Source: Candidatus Doudnabacteria bacterium (GTDB lineage Bacteria > Patescibacteriota > Dojkabacteria > J137 > JAEUSD01). Taken from it: DNA of 24,000 nucleotides. A model generated the notes under the pieces. It did not search any database. It was not told the DNA's origin and saw only the letters and a list, made by a program, of their open reading frames with translations. Positions 15,622 through 23,316 of the stretch are shown piece by piece. Numbering within the stretch: the first letter of the stretch is position 1; the number at the start of each line of letters is the position of its first letter. A program made the translations under genes and the position numbers. The stretch lies in assembly GCA_016788825.1 (NCBI GenBank), contig JAEUSD010000011.1, positions 12,322 to 36,321 on the forward strand, in the 5' to 3' direction.

Positions 15622-16074
15622 TTACGATGGAGGTTCGCCGCCCTCCCTGCTCCAGATAAGAGTAAACCCTTTCATATCTTTCTTCCTTCTTCTGAAAGCG
15701 GTTACAAGATGTAACTCATTTTCTTTCTTGTTTTCTTCTATTGCAAGTAGGTAAAGCTGATCCTTATAGGTGTGCGTAAAAACTAAATCTGCTGTGCGTC
15801 CAGGTTTATTCAAGTATACAGCATCGGGATTGCTTATCATGGCTCGTAAGCGTTTTATGAGGACCAAGTAATCTGAAAGTGGGCGTTTGTCATAAATGTG
15901 CTTGAGTGTTTTTGTACTCAGGATAAGGACAGTATCTCTAAAGTAGAGCTTTCGATTTATATAAAGATTCAAAGCTAAAATTGCGAATGACTTCACTGTA
16001 ATGAAAACTTGGGGTGCAGTTTCAGCAACATACCTATTGTGGATTGTAATCGGTCGAGAAAATCTTTGCCTCAT
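15622..16074 (-). CDS. Hypothetical protein, possible Barnase-EndoU-ColicinE5/D-RelE-like (PBECR-type) toxin-like nuclease
   Basis: The pattern LILSTKTLKHIYDKRP...LIKRLRAMISNPDAVYLNKPGRTADLVF...QLYLLAIEENKKENELHLVTAFRRRKK resembles small phage/toxin-associated RNase-fold modules as I remember them. The start is uncertain: the alternative ATG at 16143 adds 23 aa, and the track start at 16260 is implausible because it overlaps fmt. The local sequence is very AT-rich. Confidence 0.4.
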   Translation of the reverse strand: MRQRFSRPITIHNRYVAETAPQVFITVKSFAILALNLYINRKLYFRDTVLILSTKTLKHIYDKRPLSDYLVLIKRLRAMISNPDAVYLNKPGRTADLVFTHTYKDQLYLLAIEENKKENELHLVTAFRRRKKDMKGFTLIWSREGGEPPS

Positions 16075-16130
16075 CCAGATATAGTACTGGGCAGTTATTA
16101 ATTTTTTATTAACTTCACAAACATGTAAGG

Positions 16131-16136
16131 TATAAT
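16131..16136 (+). promoter_or_regulatory. -10 box TATAAT 5 nt upstream of the fmt ATG
   Basis: The plus strand reads gtaaggTATAATttcgcATG, with no SD. Confidence 0.4.
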
Positions 16137-16141
16137 TTCGC

Positions 16142-17092
16142 ATGCAAGGTAAAATAAAAACGCTTTTTATCGGGACAGGGGAGTTTGCCGTGCCGGTGTT
16201 GAAGAGTTTGGTGGGCTTGGAGCTGGTGGATTTGGTCGGAGTGGTGACGCAACCCGACAAGCCCGCAGGTCGTAAACAGGAGTTGACACCAGGGCCTTTG
16301 AAAAAGGCCCTACAAGAAATTCCAGACTTGGGAAACGTACAACTTTTCCAACCCGAGAAGCTACGCGAGGCCGCCGACGATATTATGTCTCAAACTTCGC
16401 CAGAGTTAATTGTCGTGGCGGCCTACGGTCAGATGATCCCAAACAGCATGCTAAATACCCCGAAACATAAATGTTTGAATTTGCACGGTTCATTACTCCC
16501 ACAACTCCGTGGTGCCGTTCCTGTGCAAATGGCTATTTTACAAGGGCTATCCGAAACCGGGGTGACGATCCAACAAATGGTGAAGGAGCTAGATGCTGGA
16601 CCGATTCTGACGACAGTAGATTGCGAGATCTCGCCAAGTGAAACCGCAGAATCGCTTATGAAGAAGCTGGCTGACTTGGGTGCTGCATTGCTCGTGGAAA
16701 CTTTACCTCGCTGGGTAGCTGGTGAGATTCAGCCCCAAGAGCAAGACCACTCCCAAGCGACCTTCTGTTACCAGGCTGACATCGCCAAAGAGAAGGCTGA
16801 AATTCGCTTTGAGACCCCGCTAGAACAGGTGGAAAGAATGGTGAGAGCTTTCTACCCCTGGCCAGTGGCCTGGGCGAAATTAGATGCGCAGGAGGGGAAA
16901 GCCTTAAAAATCTTCAAAGCCCGAATCGAGCAAGAGTTAAAGTTTAAATCAAACGAACTAGAGATACGAAGAGATGGTAAGAGATTGTTTCTAACATTGC
17001 AGAATGGCGTCTTAGAATTATTAGAAGTTCAGTTGGAGGGGAAACAAAGGCTGGGAGCTTTGGACTATCTCTGGCTAGTTAATGCTAAATGA
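16142..17092 (+). CDS. fmt: Methionyl-tRNA formyltransferase
   Basis: It contains FIGTGEFAVPVL, VVTQPDKPAGRK, LNLHGSLLPQLRGAVPVQMAIL and the C-terminal Fmt domain. Confidence 0.9.
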   Translation: MQGKIKTLFIGTGEFAVPVLKSLVGLELVDLVGVVTQPDKPAGRKQELTPGPLKKALQEIPDLGNVQLFQPEKLREAADDIMSQTSPELIVVAAYGQMIPNSMLNTPKHKCLNLHGSLLPQLRGAVPVQMAILQGLSETGVTIQQMVKELDAGPILTTVDCEISPSETAESLMKKLADLGAALLVETLPRWVAGEIQPQEQDHSQATFCYQADIAKEKAEIRFETPLEQVERMVRAFYPWPVAWAKLDAQEGKALKIFKARIEQELKFKSNELEIRRDGKRLFLTLQNGVLELLEVQLEGKQRLGALDYLWLVNAK

Positions 17093-17626
17093 ATTGACTA
17101 CTTGCATGTAAGCTTGTAGATGTTGTGAAAATAATGCGGGTACGGCAAAATATTGGATGGAGTAGACCTCTCCATCCTTAACTATTATAGTGACTTTTTG
17201 TTGAAGAGTTCTTCCGGCAGGTTCTGTGTAAGAATATGTAAACGAAGGATAGTCCTGTTTCCCCGAGGTAATTTGCTCTAGGTCAATTAACTTAAAATCT
17301 GCAAGGTTTTCACTGTGATAGTCTATTTCGCTATTAGCATAGGCTTCCGCAGAGTTATCTATGGTGGGGAGATCGGATTTATAAACTGCAATTACTCCGG
17401 CGGATTCTATAGCTGTTCCTGTGATTAGGGTAACACTTGCCTCACCCTGTAAAGCAGCTTGTAAATTCCAATTTAGAGGGTATTCGAATGTGTAGTACTC
17501 ATTGCCAAATGTTCTTGGTCGATTTAGTAAAAATATCATGCCAACAACCAACAACCCGACAACTAGGGCTATCCCGATAAGCATGGAGTTCTTCTTGTTT
17601 GGCAGTTTTATATTTATATACCCCAT
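17075..17626 (-). CDS. Hypothetical N-terminally membrane-anchored protein (possible PsbP/DUF1795-like fold)
   Basis: It has a TM segment (MLIGIALVVGLLVVGMIFLL). This is followed by YYTFEYPLNWNLQ...VYSIQYFAVPALFSQHLQAYMQVVNSFSI, which is reminiscent of PsbP-like domains. The fold guess is low confidence. Confidence 0.55.
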   Translation of the reverse strand: MGYINIKLPNKKNSMLIGIALVVGLLVVGMIFLLNRPRTFGNEYYTFEYPLNWNLQAALQGEASVTLITGTAIESAGVIAVYKSDLPTIDNSAEAYANSEIDYHSENLADFKLIDLEQITSGKQDYPSFTYSYTEPAGRTLQQKVTIIVKDGEVYSIQYFAVPALFSQHLQAYMQVVNSFSIN

Positions 17627-17645
17627 AATTACCTTTATAATAATA

Positions 17646-19385
17646 TTAACCTCTAGGAATTACTGTCGCGTCTTTGGGCAGGCAGAGCGATTGTTCCGAG
17701 CTACACACTCCCTCTTCCACGCAGTTGGATTCGACATCTGTTGCTTTTCTACACTCTAAACCCCAGTCACATTGATTATTGTTCTGATCACAAACGCTTC
17801 CGTAAGGCAAAAATTTTACACATATGTCACCCACACATTTGTTATCTGGCTCCTCACAGTATCTGTCACTACCGGAGCATTTCCCGCCTGTTTTAATAGG
17901 AATAAATGGCAGGTAGTCTGCCTCTGAAGCATCATCGGTGATTGGCACAGCTATAAGTCCATTTTGGGCAACAACACATTTACCAATACGATTAACCCAG
18001 TCATTCTCTGCGCCGATAGTTTGTATGGCGACTATTTGCCCTCTAAGAGTACAACCCAAGGTAAAGTTTCCGGTTTGAGGCTCCTCTGTACCTGCAGTCT
18101 GGCATGTATTATTTAGACACACTAACCCACTCCCGCAAGCGGCGGAATTAGGACAATATATTCCTTCACGGGCTTTACAGGTAGATACTGGGTAAGATAT
18201 CCCGTTTGCAAGCGTTTTTGTCTCTGTGACGCAGCTACCACTTATGCAGGAGTTTATTTCTTCGTCTGGTATGCAGTTTCCGCCTGGCATGATATAGGAA
18301 ACTGCAGAGGTGCAAGTAGGGTTTTTTATAGTTTGAGGGAAAAGTGTGACCTCATATTGCCCCGTGTCTGGGTTAAGGTACCTGATTGGGTTTTCGCGAC
18401 AGATTTCAGAGGGCACTACACCACAGCTTCCGGTTGATGTATACCCAATAACATCACCTGCTTCTTTGTTCGCACACTTCCCATCTGGGTCTAGATCATT
18501 AGTAGTAGCCTGGTTGGCCGTACCTCTTATTGGTATTGGAAACCTATAATCGTTAGTTACTGTTTCCATGCCGATGCTTTGACTTTTTTTGACACAAAGC
18601 CTATCGCTTTTACACTCATATGTACTATCACTACACCGTTTCCCACTACCTCCGCACTCCACACCTGTCGGAGCTTTCACTTGTTTTGATAAACGGCCTG
18701 TATAAATATTCTGTTGAACAGTCGGATTTTCAGCAGGGGGATTAACAGGGTTAGGATCACTTGAGATCTCATCACACCTACCACCAACACAAGTTAGGCC
18801 AGACCGACAACTGGAGTCTCCCACGCATTTTGAACCAACATTTCCTTGCCCAGTACCCACACACTTACAAGCAGTATTGCATACACAGTTAGAATCAGTA
18901 GAGTCTCCCGGTCTCAAGCCATTGCAAATATCTCCGGGAACACTACACGCAGGATTCTCAGCTGGTGGTGGAGGTGTAGGGGTAGGTTTAGGAGGCTCTG
19001 GGTTACTCTTGAAAGGCACGCAAGCACAGGCGTTAGGATTCGTACTTGTTGCAGACCTCACACAACGGCAGATATCTCCGGGGGTTTGGTTAATCTGGCT
19101 ACAATTGCGTGCATTGCCTGGCCCGGAGCATGTATTTCCATCACCTGGAGGAGGGTTTGTAGGATTGTCACAGGTTTGGGCATATGGTCCTGTAGTAGGA
19201 ATACAGCCCTTATCTGGGCACCATATCTCGTAATGTGGTGGTTCTACGCGACAACCATGTTCATCCACTACTGAAATATCTACAAAGCTACTTAGAAACC
19301 CATTAGAGACTGCGAGAAGCAGTGCACTCACTGCTAGGGTGATAACAAGAAGGATTAAAGCAACGTTACGTTTAAAGTTAGCCAT
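17646..19385 (-). CDS. Membrane-anchored or secreted cysteine-rich modular protein (579 aa)
   Basis: It has an N-terminal hydrophobic anchor (VALILLVITLAVSALLLAVS) and about 48 Cys by hand count. Repeated modules include GSKCVGDSSCRSGLTCVGGRCDE, GKRCSDSTYECKSDRLCVKK, GIYCPNSAACGSGLVCLNNTCQT, GGKCSGSDRYCEEPDNKCVGDICVK and GSVCDQNNNQCDWGLECRKA. Pro-rich linkers include PEPPKPTPTPPPPAENP and NPPAENP. Confidence 0.75.
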   Translation of the reverse strand: MANFKRNVALILLVITLAVSALLLAVSNGFLSSFVDISVVDEHGCRVEPPHYEIWCPDKGCIPTTGPYAQTCDNPTNPPPGDGNTCSGPGNARNCSQINQTPGDICRCVRSATSTNPNACACVPFKSNPEPPKPTPTPPPPAENPACSVPGDICNGLRPGDSTDSNCVCNTACKCVGTGQGNVGSKCVGDSSCRSGLTCVGGRCDEISSDPNPVNPPAENPTVQQNIYTGRLSKQVKAPTGVECGGSGKRCSDSTYECKSDRLCVKKSQSIGMETVTNDYRFPIPIRGTANQATTNDLDPDGKCANKEAGDVIGYTSTGSCGVVPSEICRENPIRYLNPDTGQYEVTLFPQTIKNPTCTSAVSYIMPGGNCIPDEEINSCISGSCVTETKTLANGISYPVSTCKAREGIYCPNSAACGSGLVCLNNTCQTAGTEEPQTGNFTLGCTLRGQIVAIQTIGAENDWVNRIGKCVVAQNGLIAVPITDDASEADYLPFIPIKTGGKCSGSDRYCEEPDNKCVGDICVKFLPYGSVCDQNNNQCDWGLECRKATDVESNCVEEGVCSSEQSLCLPKDATVIPRG

Positions 19386-19400
19386 ATTCGGACTGAAGCT

Positions 19401-19429
19401 ACTCTAAACATTTTTAAATGTCGTGTCAA
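19401..19429 (-). promoter_or_regulatory. Sigma-70-type promoter for the cysteine-rich gene
   Basis: The minus strand has TTGACA (19429-19424), an exact 17-nt spacer, then TAGAGT (19406-19401). The ATG lies 15 nt downstream, with no SD. Confidence 0.5.
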
Positions 19430-19438
19430 CAGGGGTTT

Positions 19439-20875
19439 TTACGAAACCCCTAATTTCGTGCGGATGGCTTGCTCAGCAAGCTTTGGATTGGCCTGCCCTT
19501 TGGTAGCCTTCATCACCTGGCCGACAAGAGCATTGATCGCATTAGGATTTTTTGCCAGGGAATCGACAAGTTTCTGATTATTTACAATTACCTCATCCAC
19601 AATCTTTTCTAGTGCTCCGGAATCAGAGATCTGTTCCAAACCCTGAGATTTCACGATCTCCTCAGCCCTCCCACCACTTTCAAACATCTCCTCCAAAACC
19701 TTTTTCACAATCGTCCCAGATATCTTGTTCTCAGCCACACTTTCAACCAAGAAAATCAGATCTGTTGGGGAAACGGGCAGTTCGGCGACGGAGACACCCT
19801 TCTTTTCCATCAAACCTGACACGTCGCCGATAAACCATTTCACAGCCTGCTTCAACTTTTCAGCTGCTAAGTCTTTGCTTAGCAAATCAATCCAATCACC
19901 CTTGTCACGTTGTTCAACCAAGATCTCTGCCTGTTCAAGCTCCAAACCCCAGTCGTGGACGTAACGGTCGCGGCGAGCGGCAGGCAACTCTGGCAATTCA
20001 GACCTAATCTCCGCGAGCCACTCGTCAGAAATATAAATCGGAGGGATATCTGGCTCTGGGAAATATCTGTAATCGTCCTCTGTCTCTTTGAGACGCTGAG
20101 ACACTGTAGCCCCAGACATATCTCGAATCCCTCTAGTCTCAGCCACCACCTTCTCCCCCTTAGCCAAAATCTCTGATTGGCGCTTAACTTCAAACTGCAA
20201 GACTTTTTCCAGCACAGAGATAGAGCCAATATTCTTTACCTCCACTTTGTAGTTAGGCAGCTTACCGTCTGGCTCATTTGTACGTACAGAAATATTTAAT
20301 TCAAAGCGCATCTGACCTTTTTGCATTTCAGCATCACTGATCCCGACGTACTGCACAGTCTGCTTCAATAGTTTGGCAAATGCAGTAACTTCCTTTAACT
20401 CCTGAAAGTCTGGCTCCGTCACGATCTCAATCAAAGGGACACCAGCTTTGTTATAGTCCAAAAGCGTGCCATCGTCTGTGTGGATGCTTTTACCTGTATC
20501 TTCCTCAATATGCACGCGACGAATGCGGATGCGTCGTGCATCCCCCTCTACATCGATTTCTAAGTACCCATCGTGACCGACGGGGTAATCGTACTGCGAG
20601 ATCTGGTAGCCCTTTGGTAAATCCGGGTAAAAGTAGTTTTTGCGGTCGAATTTAGTTTTCTGATTTATCTGACAATTCAAAGCCAAAGAAATGGCAATAC
20701 ATTTACGGATAGCCTCCTCGTTTGGCACAGGCATCGCTCCCGGAAGTCCGAGAGACACAGGGTCTACATGCGAGTTTGGTTCGTCTGCAAAGTATTCTGC
20801 AGAAACCGGACTAAACATCTTGGATTTTGTTTTGGCCTGAACGTGAATTTCAAGACCGATTACTGGTTGCGCCAT
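19439..20875 (-). CDS. gatB: Asp/Glu-tRNA amidotransferase subunit B
   Basis: It contains IGLEIHVQ, NYFYPDLPKGYQISQ, IHIEEDTGK and the C-terminal GatB/YqeY domain. Confidence 0.95.
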   Translation of the reverse strand: MAQPVIGLEIHVQAKTKSKMFSPVSAEYFADEPNSHVDPVSLGLPGAMPVPNEEAIRKCIAISLALNCQINQKTKFDRKNYFYPDLPKGYQISQYDYPVGHDGYLEIDVEGDARRIRIRRVHIEEDTGKSIHTDDGTLLDYNKAGVPLIEIVTEPDFQELKEVTAFAKLLKQTVQYVGISDAEMQKGQMRFELNISVRTNEPDGKLPNYKVEVKNIGSISVLEKVLQFEVKRQSEILAKGEKVVAETRGIRDMSGATVSQRLKETEDDYRYFPEPDIPPIYISDEWLAEIRSELPELPAARRDRYVHDWGLELEQAEILVEQRDKGDWIDLLSKDLAAEKLKQAVKWFIGDVSGLMEKKGVSVAELPVSPTDLIFLVESVAENKISGTIVKKVLEEMFESGGRAEEIVKSQGLEQISDSGALEKIVDEVIVNNQKLVDSLAKNPNAINALVGQVMKATKGQANPKLAEQAIRTKLGVS

Positions 20876-20883
20876 AACGATTT

Positions 20884-20889
20884 ATGATA
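20884..20889 (-). promoter_or_regulatory. -10-like TATCAT 8 nt upstream of the gatB ATG (possible internal promoter)
   Basis: The minus strand reads aattaTATCATaaatcgttATG. The same TATCAT plus 8-nt arrangement occurs in front of gatC. Confidence 0.3.
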
Positions 20890-20958
20890 TAATTACTTAT
20901 CACGATGGTAGGACTACCAAAGGAAGATGTCGATCTCCGCGGGAATGCCTACCTTTTT

Positions 20959-21468
20959 TTACGCCTTTTTTACCTTTTCCACCTTTCCTTTAGCGTTGCT
21001 GATAGGTGCAATATAGTCAGCAAAACGCCTCAGCAAGGAAGAGTATCTCTGATTTGGAGTAATAACTTTACCCAACTTCTCTTGGTCTTCTAAATATTCA
21101 ATCAAGCAGTGAAAATCCCCATCTCCCGACACAATGATAGCCTTATCATATTTGGGGTAGTGGATCATTGTGTGCAAAACAAGCTCAGCATCAACATTTC
21201 CCTTTACCTCTACTGTCTTTCCTTTCTTGATTTCAAGTATAGGTTTGAAAACTAAGATATACCCAACCCTCTGTAGGTAAGAGTATAGAACACTATTACC
21301 AGGAATAAAACCAATAAATAGGTACGCTTGCTCCACTCCGTACTTACCTCGCAGGTATTTACGAAATCTACCAAAATCTAACTCCCAACCGGCTTGCTTC
21401 ACGCCTTTGTAAAGATTTTGGCTATCAATAAAAGCGTAGGTATTTTTTTGCTTAGTAGAATCTTTCAT
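20959..21468 (-). CDS. NYN domain (LabA/PIN-like) putative ribonuclease
   Basis: The product contains TYAFIDSQNLYKG...GNVDAELVLHTM...KAIIVSGDGDFHCLIEYL, the NYN-domain acidic-residue pattern. The ATG at 21468 lies 1 nt after the gatA stop (TAG, 21472-21470). The track start at 21492 overlaps gatA. Confidence 0.8.
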   Translation of the reverse strand: MKDSTKQKNTYAFIDSQNLYKGVKQAGWELDFGRFRKYLRGKYGVEQAYLFIGFIPGNSVLYSYLQRVGYILVFKPILEIKKGKTVEVKGNVDAELVLHTMIHYPKYDKAIIVSGDGDFHCLIEYLEDQEKLGKVITPNQRYSSLLRRFADYIAPISNAKGKVEKVKKA

Positions 21469-21469
21469 C

Positions 21470-22876
21470 CTAATTTGTACAATTTTGAGCAATCATAAAT
21501 AACTTCTCTTCTTCAAACCTATTTGTCATGATCTGGAAGCCGATAGGCAAACCTTCACTGTTGGTGCCGCACTTCACGCTGATCGCTGGGCAACCAGTGA
21601 GGTTTGCCGTCACCGTATAAATGTCCATCAAATACATGGCCAACGGGTCATCAGATTTCTCGCCAATCTTTGGCGCTACACAAGGAGCCGTTGGCCCGAC
21701 AACTGCATCTACATCTTTGAATGCGTCAGTCACTTGCTGAGTCAACTTCGCTCTCACTTTGGCTGCTGTTTTGTAGAACGCATCAGCATAACCCGCAGAT
21801 AGCGCGTAAGTTCCGATCATAATTCTGCGCTTCACTTCTGGCTCAAAAAACTGGCCGCGGCCTTTCATCATATTCTCGTGGTAATCTTCAGAAACTTTTG
21901 GACCGAATCTCACACCGTCATAGCGGGCCATGTTTGAAGAGATTTCAGCCGGAACGAGTACATAGTACACGGCAAGACCGATTGGTAACAAAGGAATAGA
22001 GATATCCACAATTTCAGCACCTTGCTCTTTCAAGTTCTCAATCGCTGTTTGAACTTTTTCTCTCACTTCATCATCCAAGCCTTCAGCAAAATATTCTTTG
22101 GGCACACCAATCCGCATACCTTTGACGCTAGATTTCTGCGCGGCGGCTGTATAGTCTGGCACAGGGTGATCATAAGTTGTGGCATCGAGGGGATCTTTGC
22201 CGGCTAGGATAGTCTCAACGTAGGCGACATCGTTAACTGAGTCAGCAAAGATCCCCACAGTGTCAAAAGACGAAGCCATCGCAATCAGTCCATACCGAGA
22301 ATTTCGACCATAGGTCGGTTTGAAACCTACTGTACCTACAAAACTAGCTGGTTCGCGTACTGAGCCTCCGGTGTCCGTTCCCAAGGAGAATAGACCGATC
22401 CCGGCGGCCGCGGCCGCGGCCGCCCCTGAGCTGGACCCGCCAGGCACTCTACTCTTATCCACCGGATTCAACGCGGGTCCATAACCTGAGTTTTCTCCGC
22501 TTCCTCCAAACGCAAATGGATCACAGTTTGTTTTGCCAATGATGATTGCGCCTTCTGCTTCGATCTTCTTCACAACCGTAGCCGAGTAAGGCGCGATAAA
22601 ATCTTTGAGATACTGTGAGCCAGCAGTCGTTCTAACCCCTTCGGTCATGATCACATCTTTCACCGTACAAGGGACCCCTGCTAGCGTGCCCACCTCTTCA
22701 CCTGCCGCAATTTTGCGATCTATCTCACGTGCCTTCTCGATTGCTTCTTCAATCACAGTTGTAAAAGCATTGAGCTCTTTACCCAAAGTCTTGGCTTTTT
22801 CAATGTGTTCGCGAACTAGCTGTTCAGAAGACAGTTCTTTAGATTTAATTTTGTTTACAACTTCTGAGATTAACAT
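21470..22876 (-). CDS. gatA: Glutamyl-tRNA(Gln) amidotransferase subunit A
   Basis: It has the amidase signature GGSSSGAAAAAAAGIGLFSLGTDTGGSVREPASF and a typical GatA N-terminus. Confidence 0.95.
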   Translation of the reverse strand: MLISEVVNKIKSKELSSEQLVREHIEKAKTLGKELNAFTTVIEEAIEKAREIDRKIAAGEEVGTLAGVPCTVKDVIMTEGVRTTAGSQYLKDFIAPYSATVVKKIEAEGAIIIGKTNCDPFAFGGSGENSGYGPALNPVDKSRVPGGSSSGAAAAAAAGIGLFSLGTDTGGSVREPASFVGTVGFKPTYGRNSRYGLIAMASSFDTVGIFADSVNDVAYVETILAGKDPLDATTYDHPVPDYTAAAQKSSVKGMRIGVPKEYFAEGLDDEVREKVQTAIENLKEQGAEIVDISIPLLPIGLAVYYVLVPAEISSNMARYDGVRFGPKVSEDYHENMMKGRGQFFEPEVKRRIMIGTYALSAGYADAFYKTAAKVRAKLTQQVTDAFKDVDAVVGPTAPCVAPKIGEKSDDPLAMYLMDIYTVTANLTGCPAISVKCGTNSEGLPIGFQIMTNRFEEEKLFMIAQNCTN

Positions 22877-22905
22877 TATCTTAGAACTTAGAATTTAAAT
22901 TCTGA

Positions 22906-23211
22906 CTACTCCTCACCTCCTACAATCTTACTTGTTTTAAAGCTTGAACCTTCAGACCGTCCTTCTGTTGCATTGATTGTAATTTTATCCTTAGCAATCG
23001 GTGCGCCGGCCTCATCTTTGCGTAAAACTGGACCTGCAAAATCTGCCACATGAGTTGTATCTGTGACATCTGAAATATCTATATCTTTGAGCTGGGAAAC
23101 ATAATCCAAGATGGAGCTAATCTCTCCGGCATACTTATCCAACTCTTCATCTGTGAGATCCAATTTGGCCAGCAAAGCGATGCGGCGAACTTCTTCACGG
23201 GTAAGTTTCAT
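22906..23211 (-). CDS. gatC: Asp/Glu-tRNA amidotransferase subunit C
   Basis: The 101-aa product begins MKLTREEVRRIALLAKLDLTDEELDKYAGEISSILDYVSQL, the GatC pattern. Confidence 0.9.
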   Translation of the reverse strand: MKLTREEVRRIALLAKLDLTDEELDKYAGEISSILDYVSQLKDIDISDVTDTTHVADFAGPVLRKDEAGAPIAKDKITINATEGRSEGSSFKTSKIVGGEE

Positions 23212-23219
23212 ACCAGGGA

Positions 23220-23225
23220 ATGATA
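23220..23225 (-). promoter_or_regulatory. -10-like TATCAT 8 nt upstream of the gatC ATG
   Basis: The minus strand reads gcgcTATCATtccctggtATG, with no SD. Confidence 0.3.
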
Positions 23226-23316
23226 GCGCAGGAAGGAGATCTTGAGCAACTTTAGAGCTCAGACTTACTTTTACCTAGAATCGAATCGCATACTACACGT
23301 ATATATCCCAGAGATA

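Noticed and set aside
16036-16044. DnaA-box-like TGTGGATTG, and proximity of parAB, as a hint of an origin
   Set aside because: It is a single 7/9 match with no cluster of boxes and no AT-rich unwinding element next to dnaA or dnaN. It is not an origin signature.
18846-19274. Plus-strand ORFs 18846-19274 and 18877-19233
   Set aside because: They are antisense shadows of the cysteine-rich gene in its GC-richer Pro/Gly-coding part. They overlap each other in two frames and have no promoter or motif support.
20907-20960. Plus-strand terminator-like structure GGTAGG...CCTACC followed by TTTTTTT
   Set aside because: No plus-strand gene ends here. The loop would be about 35 nt. The T-run belongs mostly to the lysine-rich C-terminal codons of the minus-strand NYN gene. 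On the minus strand there is no U-tract.
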